Source: Nitrosopumilus maritimus SCM1
Lineage (GTDB): Archaea > Thermoproteota > Nitrososphaeria > Nitrososphaerales > Nitrosopumilaceae
Reading direction: 5' to 3'
Assembly: GCF_000018465.1 (NCBI RefSeq)
Contig: NC_010085.1
Location: 600,001-632,000, forward strand
DNA length: 32,000 nucleotides
In this document: positions 24,050 through 31,180 of the stretch, piece by piece
Position numbering within the stretch: the first letter of the stretch is position 1
Layout of the letters: the number at the start of each line of letters is the position of its first letter
The notes under the pieces: model-generated
The model's input: the letters and a program-made list of their open reading frames with translations, nothing else
What the model was told of the DNA's origin: nothing
The model's database searches: none
Made by a program: the position numbers and the translations under genes

Positions 24050-25159
24050 TTATGTTCCGCGTGTTTTGATAATTGTTAACACATCTTCGTCTTGTAAAAT
24101 ATGACTCAAACCTACTCTTTGTCCTCCAAACTTTACACTCTTTCCCCAAACCATTCCATATCTGAACTCTCTTTTCATTCTTCGATGTAACTTGTTACAA
24201 ATATCTTCAACAGTATCTCCTTCTCTTGCAATTAATGGTTCTTTGAAATCTGTTTCTCCTCCTTTTGGTCGCATGTATATTCTAATGAACTTTAATTTTT
24301 CATAGATTTTTTCTTTTAATTGTTCAATATTGATATCTGAATTTGCAGACACTTCGATTACATCTGATTTTATTTTTGTTTTCAAATCATCTAGGAATTT
24401 TTTATCAACTAGATCAATTTTGTTTAAAATTGTAAGTGCTTTTGAATAACTTATGTTTCCTGCAATGTGGTCTGATAGTTGTTCTGATGTAATATCTTCT
24501 CTAACAACTACTCTTGCACTAACTATTCCATAAAGATGTAAGATATCTTTCAAATGTTTTTCTGTAATTCTTGTAAGCTTTACTTGTTGTGCAATTGCAA
24601 TACCTCCCATTGATGCTTTTTCAATGGTAATGTTTGGTGGGAGTTGATTTAATCTAATTCCGATATTTCCTAATTCGTTAACTAGTACATCCTCATGATA
24701 TGGCTGAAATACATCTAAAACCAGTAATACCAAATCTGCGGTTCTTGCTACTGATAGTATTCTCTTTCCTAATCCTTTTCCTGTTGATGCACCTTTGATG
24801 ATTCCTGGTAAATCTAGTACCTGAATTTTTGCTCCTCTGTATTCCATCATTCCTGGAACTACTGTTAGAGTTGTGAATTGAAATGCTCCTACTGCTGACT
24901 TTGCACCTGTTAGTCGGTTTAGCAGTGTTGATTTTCCTACACTTGGTAATCCGATAAACACAACTGTTGCATCACCTGTTCTTCTAACATCAAACCCATC
25001 TGATTTCATTCCAGATTTTTTTGCAACATTGTCTTCTTGTTCTCGTTTGAGTTTTGCAATTTTTGCTTTTAGTAATCCAAGATGGTGTTCTGTAGCTTTG
25101 TTAATTTGAGTTCTCGCCATCTCATCTTGAATGGCTTTAATTTTTTCAGGAATTCCCAA
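24050..25159 (-). CDS. DRG-family (Obg-like) GTPase with C-terminal TGS domain
   Basis: 369 aa. Contains G1 'GLPSVGKSTLLN', G3 'LDLPG', G4 'NKID' and a TGS-like tail 'VKFGGQRVGLSHILQDEDVLTI'. Confidence 0.9.
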   Translation of the reverse strand: MGIPEKIKAIQDEMARTQINKATEHHLGLLKAKIAKLKREQEDNVAKKSGMKSDGFDVRRTGDATVVFIGLPSVGKSTLLNRLTGAKSAVGAFQFTTLTVVPGMMEYRGAKIQVLDLPGIIKGASTGKGLGKRILSVARTADLVLLVLDVFQPYHEDVLVNELGNIGIRLNQLPPNITIEKASMGGIAIAQQVKLTRITEKHLKDILHLYGIVSARVVVREDITSEQLSDHIAGNISYSKALTILNKIDLVDKKFLDDLKTKIKSDVIEVSANSDINIEQLKEKIYEKLKFIRIYMRPKGGETDFKEPLIAREGDTVEDICNKLHRRMKREFRYGMVWGKSVKFGGQRVGLSHILQDEDVLTIIKTRGT

Positions 25160-25161
25160 TA

Positions 25162-25389
25162 CTATTCACTCCTTGCTAGTTTCTTTTCAAATAAAATCGT
25201 ATTATTTTTTTTAATTTTCTTTATTCTGCTGATTGGTATTGTTTGTAGATTATCTGACTGAATCAAGAATTCTGGCAAAGTTGTTTCAACTATTCTTTCA
25301 AAATTTCTGTAGAAAATTTTGTATGACTCTGATTTATCTGCGAATTTTGCTTTACTAAAAATCTCTGCAATTATTCCCTTTTTTGCCAT
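25162..25389 (-). CDS. DUF504 / UPF0248 (MJ1316-type) small protein
   Basis: 75 aa. 'YKIFYRNFERIVE...TIPISRIKKIKKNNTILFEKK' follows the family pattern (igY.dR...e...IP.HRI..i...g.ilw.R) as recalled. It ends 2 nt before the DRG start. Confidence 0.5.
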   Translation of the reverse strand: MAKKGIIAEIFSKAKFADKSESYKIFYRNFERIVETTLPEFLIQSDNLQTIPISRIKKIKKNNTILFEKKLARSE

Positions 25390-25480
25390 GTTTTGAGTAA
25401 AATTACTACATTAATGAACAATACGCATTTCTTTTTGTTTTATACGTAGCAAATATTATTCAGTACAAAAAACATTTGAT

Positions 25481-26176
25481 GTGAAAAAAAGAACTTTTGC
25501 TGTAGATATTGATGGAACTATCACTGAAAATGGTGGAGGACGAATTCATCTTGATGCATTAGAATCACTAAGGCGTCTTGTTAACATGGGTCATGATGTA
25601 ATTTTTGTAACTGGGCGATCATCAGTTGAAGGGTTTTTGCTTTCAGTGTTTGGAGGTACAACAAAAGTATCTGTGGGTGAAAATGGTGGATGCATCACTC
25701 TTGATTCAAACGATCATATTTTGCTTGGCAATCTTGAAGAATGCAAAAATGCACTGAATATTTTGAAAAATAATATGGAAAATGTAGAAGAAAAATATGT
25801 TTTTCCACGAATGACTGAGGTTGTATTGCAACGAACATTTGATCTCGATCAAGCAAGAAAAATCCTATCTGAAAACAATATTGATGTTGTATTGTCTGAT
25901 AGCCAGTATGCTTACCACATTAACTCTCCTGGAATCGATAAAGGCACTGGGTTTACTGAAATTATGAAAAAATTCTCAATATCTCGAGATGATGTTATTG
26001 CAATTGGTGATAGTGCAACTGATGTTCCTTTATTCAAAGTAGCAAAGACAAGTGTTGCGTTAGGCAACGCATCTGATGATGTAAAATCTGAGGCTACAAT
26101 GACTGTGTCTGCACATGCAGGTGATGGAGTACTTGAAGCATTAGATAAATTAGCACCCATATTATCTGAGATATAG
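25481..26176 (+). CDS. HAD-IIB hydrolase, archaeal phosphoglycolate phosphatase type
   Basis: 231 aa with a GTG start. Contains motif I 'FAVDIDGTITE', 'IFVTGRS', 'GENGG', 'GIDKGTG' and 'IGDSATDVPLF'. Confidence 0.75.
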   Translation: MKKRTFAVDIDGTITENGGGRIHLDALESLRRLVNMGHDVIFVTGRSSVEGFLLSVFGGTTKVSVGENGGCITLDSNDHILLGNLEECKNALNILKNNMENVEEKYVFPRMTEVVLQRTFDLDQARKILSENNIDVVLSDSQYAYHINSPGIDKGTGFTEIMKKFSISRDDVIAIGDSATDVPLFKVAKTSVALGNASDDVKSEATMTVSAHAGDGVLEALDKLAPILSEI

Positions 26177-26177
26177 T

Positions 26178-28064
26178 ATGACTTTCAAATCTATACTTGA
26201 TGAAATTGAAAATAATCTTAACAAAATTCTAGACGATCTTTCTATTTCTGATGTAAAATTCTCTGTGGAACCTGCAAAGCCTGGATTCGGTGATGTTAGT
26301 TCTAATGTCTCCTTCTTACTTGCAAAACAACTCAAGAAAAGCCCTAAAGAAATTTCAGAAATGTTGTCTGAGAAATATTCACAATGTGTTAGTACTCTCG
26401 TTTCAAAATCTGAATCTCATCCATCAGGATATCTGAATTTCTATGCTGACTGGCCAAAATTAAACCAGTTAATTTTATCTGAATCAAACTTGCCTGAGTT
26501 TGGAGATGTTGATATTGGAAAAAATTCTACTATTGTAGTTGAACACACTAGTGTAAATCCAAACAAAGCTCTTCATATTGGTCATATACGTAACATCATA
26601 ATCGGTGACACCATTTCCAGAATTTTACAAAAGGCAAACTACAAAGTTAATGTCTTAAACTATGTAGATGATTCTGGATTACAAGTTGCAGACATTATTG
26701 TTGGTTTCAAACATTTTGGATATCCGATAGAACCACCTCAAGGAAAGAAATTTGATCATTATTGTGGTGATGATGTTTATGTTAAAACCACCGAGAAATA
26801 TGAACAAGATTCTAGTTTAGAGGAAATTCGAAAAAATGTTCTCAAAGAATTAGAAGATGGAACTTCTGAAACTGCTCAATTTGCTGATAAAATCACACGT
26901 CGTGTACTCTCTAACCAACTTGAGACCTGCTGGAATCTAGCAGTTTCTTATGATTGCCTAAATTTTGAATCTCAGATTATACGTTCAGGTTTGTGGGATG
27001 GAATTTTTGAAAAACTCAAAGAAATGAACCTTGTAGAATTTGAAAATGACGGAAAAAACGCTGGATGTTGGGTTATTCGAGGTGAAGGAAAAGAAGAGGA
27101 TAAAGTGATTGTTAGAAGCAATGGCACTGCCACATACATTGCAAAAGACATTCCATATGCAGCATGGAAATTGGGATTGCTTGATGATCCATTCCATTAT
27201 GAAAAATATGAAAAAGAACAACCAAACTCTCGTGTTCTATGGCAAACTATACTAAATGATGGTGCTTCTGAATCTCAAAATTTCTCTGGTGATAAAGTAA
27301 TTACAGTAATAGATTCTCGTCAAGCAAGATTACAAAAAATTATCACTTCTTTAATGGGAAAATTCAAATCAATTCCTGATGCGTATGTTCACCTAGGATA
27401 TGAATCAGTCACACTAAGTTCTGATACTGCAAAAATTCTTGGATTAGAAACTGATGGCAAACAAGCTCAAATGTCTGGCAGAAAAGGATTGTATGTTAAT
27501 GCTGATTCTGTTTATGATTTACTAAAAGAAAAAACAACTGAAGAAACCAAGAAGAGACATCCTGAGATGGATGACTCTGAGATTGAAAAAATTTCTCATT
27601 CTGTATCTGTTGCAACATTACGTTATGAGATGATCAAACAAGATTTAGACAAAATCATTGCATTTGATTTAACAAAATCTCTTAGCTTGGAAGGTGACAC
27701 TGCACCATATATTCAATACACTCATGCAAGAGCATCTAGAATTTTAGAAAAATCTGGAAGAACTCCTTCTATTGATGTTGATTTCTCTTTACTCAAAGAA
27801 CAATCTGAAATTGATTTAGTAAAGATGATTGGCCTTTTCAATTTACAAGTTCGTGATGCTGCAAATAACTTGTCTCCAAAAGTAATTTCTAGATATTGTC
27901 ATGATTTGGCAGTTACCTTCAACTCTTTTTATGAAAAATCAAAGGTACTTGATTTAGGTGATGAAAAATTAGAAAATTCACGTCTATGTTTGGTAAATTC
28001 ATTCAAGATAACTATTGAAAAAGCATTGAATCTTTTGGGAATTTCTGCACCTGATAAGATGTAA
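26178..28064 (+). CDS. argS: Arginine--tRNA ligase
   Basis: 628 aa. Contains the class I 'NPNKALHIGHIRN' motif, 'QMSGRKG' in place of KMSKS, and a DALR anticodon-binding tail ('PYIQYTHARASRIL', 'LSPKVISRYCHDLAVTFNSFYE'). Confidence 0.95.
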   Translation: MTFKSILDEIENNLNKILDDLSISDVKFSVEPAKPGFGDVSSNVSFLLAKQLKKSPKEISEMLSEKYSQCVSTLVSKSESHPSGYLNFYADWPKLNQLILSESNLPEFGDVDIGKNSTIVVEHTSVNPNKALHIGHIRNIIIGDTISRILQKANYKVNVLNYVDDSGLQVADIIVGFKHFGYPIEPPQGKKFDHYCGDDVYVKTTEKYEQDSSLEEIRKNVLKELEDGTSETAQFADKITRRVLSNQLETCWNLAVSYDCLNFESQIIRSGLWDGIFEKLKEMNLVEFENDGKNAGCWVIRGEGKEEDKVIVRSNGTATYIAKDIPYAAWKLGLLDDPFHYEKYEKEQPNSRVLWQTILNDGASESQNFSGDKVITVIDSRQARLQKIITSLMGKFKSIPDAYVHLGYESVTLSSDTAKILGLETDGKQAQMSGRKGLYVNADSVYDLLKEKTTEETKKRHPEMDDSEIEKISHSVSVATLRYEMIKQDLDKIIAFDLTKSLSLEGDTAPYIQYTHARASRILEKSGRTPSIDVDFSLLKEQSEIDLVKMIGLFNLQVRDAANNLSPKVISRYCHDLAVTFNSFYEKSKVLDLGDEKLENSRLCLVNSFKITIEKALNLLGISAPDKM

Positions 28065-28067
28065 TGT

Positions 28068-28109
28068 CCCAGTGAGTGCACTACACGAATGCTGGCTGTT
28101 CTCACTGGG
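28068..28109 (+). other. GC-rich perfect 9-bp stem / 24-nt loop hairpin immediately 3' of argS
   Basis: CCCAGTGAG (28068-28076) pairs with CTCACTGGG (28101-28109). The element starts 4 nt after the argS stop and has no trailing T-run. Confidence 0.5.
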
Positions 28110-28173
28110 TTGTTGGCGTGCAAACCAATTATTGTATAGAGAATATTTTAAACCAATAAGTGTTGTGAAATTC

Positions 28174-29472
28174 ATGAAAACTAAGCTTTTGATAATTTTT
28201 GTATCTCTTGGTCTGTTTGTATCAATTCCTTATGCTTTTTCTTCTGAACCTGTAGGTATTCTTGTTCATCCTCCTCCATTAAAACAAGTTCAATTAGAAA
28301 TTTCATTACATGAAATACAATGTAATGGTGATCGTACTTTGATTTGGCAAAAAGATACTTTGAAACCTGCTTGTGTTTTTCATGAATCTGAATTAATTTT
28401 TGACAGGAAATGGGCTAAGATGAGAATTGGAATGCCTGCTGAAGAGATAACTCAAGAAAAACTCTGTTTATGGTATGCAGATAACCTACCAAAATATTTG
28501 AAACCCTACTGTATATCTGAATCTAAAGTTTTGCAAAGTGACTCCAAACCTCTAGTAGTGATGGTTGCACCATCAATTAATGAAGAGTATTATCGAGAAG
28601 TTTTTCACGACATTATAGATTATGACATACAAACTGTCAACACAATATATGGAAAAGACAATGTAGTATTGCTTGTAGATAAAGAAACAAAACATTTGTT
28701 TGAAGGAAAGATTCCTGATGATGCTTTACTTGAGGCAAATGTTGCAGATATTTGGATACGTGATTTTGGAACTGTAGATACCATGACAGAAGTAAAATTT
28801 GATTTTAAACCTCAATATCTGACAAATGAGGATTCTGTCTGGATTAATGACAGTTTTGAAGATTGGTATGATCAAAAAAATCTATCTGGTAAAAAATCTG
28901 AATTAATCTTAGATGGCGGGAATCTTGTCTTTAATGGAAAAGACAAGGCAATAACTACTGTAAGAGTTTTTGAAGATAATCCTCAATATGATGAATTAGC
29001 GATTGATTCCAGATTAAAGGAATTACTACAAGTCACTGAGATTGCCTATCTTCCTGAAGAAGAGGGTGACATTACAGGGCATTCAGATGGAATGGTGATG
29101 TGGGCAGAACCTGATAAATTACTAGTCAATGAATATGAAGAACCTTTTAGAAGTCAGGTATTGGGAGAACTTGAAGCATCATTATCTGGAGTTGAGATAA
29201 TTGAAATTCCTTATGTGAATCAGAATGAATTTTGGAGGGACTGGCCTTCTGCATGTGGGTATTATCTCAATTCTCTTGTAACAGATGATTTCATCTACGT
29301 TCCCGTTTACGGTTTAACCGAAGATCAAATGGTGTTGGAATTGATTCAATCTCATACTAGTAAGGAAGTAATCAGTATTGATGCATCAAATGTTTGTTTT
29401 ATGGGTGGAAGTGTTAGATGTCTTACTTGGACTGTAGATGGATTAAATGCAGAAAAAATCCTTGAACACTAA
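28174..29472 (+). CDS. Exported or membrane-anchored guanidino-group-modifying enzyme (agmatine deiminase / Porphyromonas-type peptidyl-arginine deiminase family)
   Basis: The start is re-called at ATG 28174, giving a signal-peptide-like 'MKTKLLIIFVSLGLFVSIPYAFSS'. A ~120-aa domain with 5 Cys follows. PAD_porph-like blocks are 'ADIWIRDFG', 'LDGGNLVFNGKDKAITT', 'GHSDGMVMW' and the C-terminal nucleophile block 'GGSVRCLTW' (cf. GGGIHCITQ). The track's GTG 28072 start lies inside the argS 3' hairpin. Confidence 0.7.
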   Translation: MKTKLLIIFVSLGLFVSIPYAFSSEPVGILVHPPPLKQVQLEISLHEIQCNGDRTLIWQKDTLKPACVFHESELIFDRKWAKMRIGMPAEEITQEKLCLWYADNLPKYLKPYCISESKVLQSDSKPLVVMVAPSINEEYYREVFHDIIDYDIQTVNTIYGKDNVVLLVDKETKHLFEGKIPDDALLEANVADIWIRDFGTVDTMTEVKFDFKPQYLTNEDSVWINDSFEDWYDQKNLSGKKSELILDGGNLVFNGKDKAITTVRVFEDNPQYDELAIDSRLKELLQVTEIAYLPEEEGDITGHSDGMVMWAEPDKLLVNEYEEPFRSQVLGELEASLSGVEIIEIPYVNQNEFWRDWPSACGYYLNSLVTDDFIYVPVYGLTEDQMVLELIQSHTSKEVISIDASNVCFMGGSVRCLTWTVDGLNAEKILEH

Positions 29473-29473
29473 C

Positions 29474-29986
29474 TTATCCGTACATTGATTTTTCAGTTGT
29501 TTCATCTGCAGGATTTGACTGTCCTGCAAAACCACTAAAATTTGCACGAAGAATTTTTTGAATGTGTGCAGTAACCCTTGCTACATTATCCCAAACATCA
29601 TGAAATGACACTCTGTTTAGAACTTGCTCATCTACATGTGAAAATATTGCCAAACCTGCAATGTTTTCCTTATCTTTGACCCATTGATGTCCAACATTAC
29701 AAACTGTACATATTTCACTGATGTCCATAACTGCTTTTGAAAATGATGGATTTTTCATTACCAATAATTTTGAATCATCTGGTGGAAATCTCATATTTAC
29801 ATTCAAATGAATTCTATCTGTTCTGTTTGCATTTTTACTTACAATAACATTTGTTCCAACTCTAAATTGCCATTCAATTAGATTACTTTTCTCTCTAACT
29901 TTTTCTGTTTGATCTTCGTAATTGATGTTAGTTACTTTGATAAAATCTTCTACAAGATCTTTCATTTCGTCAGAAGTCTTTGTCAT
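29474..29986 (-). CDS. Hypothetical protein
   Basis: 170-aa ORF with normal composition and no motif I can name confidently. Its stop is 1 nt from the convergent deiminase-like gene. Confidence 0.5.
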   Translation of the reverse strand: MTKTSDEMKDLVEDFIKVTNINYEDQTEKVREKSNLIEWQFRVGTNVIVSKNANRTDRIHLNVNMRFPPDDSKLLVMKNPSFSKAVMDISEICTVCNVGHQWVKDKENIAGLAIFSHVDEQVLNRVSFHDVWDNVARVTAHIQKILRANFSGFAGQSNPADETTEKSMYG

Positions 29987-30036
29987 GAAACCACTCAGAA
30001 TATCTGTAATATATGCATGTTATAGAAAAAAGAGAT

Positions 30037-30174
30037 TTAGTGGCTGTGTCCACAACCGCAGGAGTCATGTCCATGACTACCTTGTGATTCCTTTCCGTCA
30101 CATCTAGAGCATTTGTCTGAACCTGTTGCAGAGAAAAATCCTATGCCACAAGAGACACATTTTTGATTTGCCAT
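30037..30174 (-). CDS. Small Cys/His-rich metal-binding protein (45 aa), not in the ORF track
   Basis: Hand translation gives MANQKCVSCGIGFFSATGSDKCSRCDGKESQGSHGHDSCGCGHSH*. It has CxxC at res 6-9 and 22-25 and the tail 'HGHDSCGCGHSH'. The locus is GC-rich, and a TATA-like 'aataaatac' lies about 25-33 nt upstream. Confidence 0.45.
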   Translation of the reverse strand: MANQKCVSCGIGFFSATGSDKCSRCDGKESQGSHGHDSCGCGHSH

Positions 30175-30213
30175 GGGTTTAATGAAAAATTACTGTATTT
30201 ATTGAATACTGAT

Positions 30214-30555
30214 TTATCCGCTTGGTCTGGCGCTTCCTACTTCGCCTTTCTTTTGGAATTTTCTGTATTCACCTATTACTCCACTACATTTTTCACAGAC
30301 ATATTGCCCTCTTTCAATTAAGATCAAATTGTCTGCAACTTCTTCATTAGGACTTTCTTCTAACTGAATTTTTGGTGGATTATCAAATTCTGTTTCACAA
30401 TTATTACAATAGTGTTTGAGCATTTTTTCAGTTTCAATTTTTCCAATTGGAGCCAAAAATAATTTTCCAACACCTAGATCTGCTTTTTTAGCTTGCTCAT
30501 CAGTAAGGTCTGCAATAACATATCCTCCAGAACCTTGAACTTTTAATTCTGCCAT
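30214..30555 (-). CDS. Hypothetical zinc-ribbon protein
   Basis: 113 aa. 'CNNC' (res 50-53) and 'CEKC' (res 87-90) form a ribbon-type pair. Confidence 0.5.
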   Translation of the reverse strand: MAELKVQGSGGYVIADLTDEQAKKADLGVGKLFLAPIGKIETEKMLKHYCNNCETEFDNPPKIQLEESPNEEVADNLILIERGQYVCEKCSGVIGEYRKFQKKGEVGSARPSG

Positions 30556-30619
30556 TTCACATTGTTCTTTTTTTAGTTATTAAAATACTATTTGTGATAA
30601 AATGATGATTGTTGATAAC

Positions 30620-30721
30620 AACGAGACACACGGAAAGCGTATTTTTTTCCTAGGACGTTGACCTAACATGAAACGCTTTCCATACCATCACTCTACGACG
30701 CAGAACAACGGTTTTCTCGTT
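30620..30721. other. Nested inverted repeats in a GC-enriched intergenic segment (candidate structured RNA or operator)
   Basis: The outer pair is AACGAGA (30620-30626) / TCTCGTT (30715-30721). The middle pair is GGAAAGCGT (30632-30640) / ACGCTTTCC (30673-30681). The inner pair is TAGG (30651-30654) / CCTA (30662-30665). A T7 run lies at 30642-30648. Confidence 0.35.
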
Positions 30722-30789
30722 ATATAATATACGTCAAAATGATATTTAACAATGATCATGATTATCACCTGATGCCAACCTTGTATTCA

Positions 30790-30978
30790 TCATGAATTGA
30801 TGAACACTTTGGAATTTGATACAGTTATCATTTCTGCCATTGCAATTGGAATTTTTTCTTTTTTTGCAACATCTGCCAATTCGTTTTGGTGTTCTTCTCT
30901 CAAATGTTTTAGAAATTCTTCTTCTTCGATGTTGTTCTGTTTGAAATTACATTCTGGAAATACACAGTTGAAATTCAA
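30790..30978 (-). CDS. Small C2H2-like zinc-finger protein
   Basis: 62 aa. 'CVFPEC...(14 aa)...HLREEH' gives C-x4-C ... H-x4-H. Its TTG start comes two codons after an in-frame TAA, and the upstream frames look like frameshifted fragments (see findings). Confidence 0.4.
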   Translation of the reverse strand: MNFNCVFPECNFKQNNIEEEEFLKHLREEHQNELADVAKKEKIPIAMAEMITVSNSKVFINS

Positions 30979-31180
30979 TTTTTACTCTCTAACTCTTTGA
31001 TTTTAGCCTCAAGTTCTTGAATTTTTTTTCGTAATTCTATATTTTCATCTCGAAGTGAATCTATCTCTCTTTGGTGTATTTCACTAAGATCCATAATTTT
31101 TCTCATCTGTCTGTAAACTTAAGCGTAATGTTTGCTTTCTCAAACCATAGGTTCTTATCTAAAATTTCTCAGCAAAATTC

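Noticed and set aside
23770-24104. Two plus-strand track ORFs (23770-23964 and 23901-24104).
   Set aside because: They are antisense to the well-formed 58-aa zinc-ribbon ORF and to the 3' end of the DRG GTPase gene. Their products are Phe/Leu/Cys/Ser-rich, which is typical of the antisense of A-rich coding DNA.
2741-27221. Short track ORFs are nested antisense or out of frame inside strong CDSs: 2741-2968, 3380-3589, 5379-5717, 8585-8857, 9132-9353, 10945-11130, 11051-11281, 11191-11478, 11367-11600, 13795-14124, 17017-17247, 18914-19129, 19981-20181, 25912-26160 and 26985-27221. The same applies to 27929-28123 and 30797-31000.
   Set aside because: Each lies fully within or against a CDS that has clear family motifs. 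None has a recognisable motif, and their compositions are typical of shadow ORFs.
28072-28173. A 34-codon N-terminal extension of the deiminase-like ORF starts from GTG 28072.
   Set aside because: The GTG lies inside the argS 3' hairpin, 8 nt after the argS stop. The extension ('MSALHECWLFSLGCWRAN...') would bury an otherwise perfect signal peptide that begins at ATG 28174, and a TATA-like element lies between the two starts.
29922-30107. A 61-aa plus-strand track ORF.
   Set aside because: It is antisense to the 5' end of the 170-aa gene and to the 45-aa Cys/His-rich ORF, and it has no motif.
30600-30775. A possible C/D-box sRNA (ATGATGA at 30602-30608, CTGA at 30769-30772) or a tRNA in the structured spacer.
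   Set aside because: The C and D boxes are about 160 nt apart and no D'/C' pair has the ~12-nt guide spacing. No T-loop (GTTCRANYC), D-loop or acceptor-stem pairing could be built on either strand.
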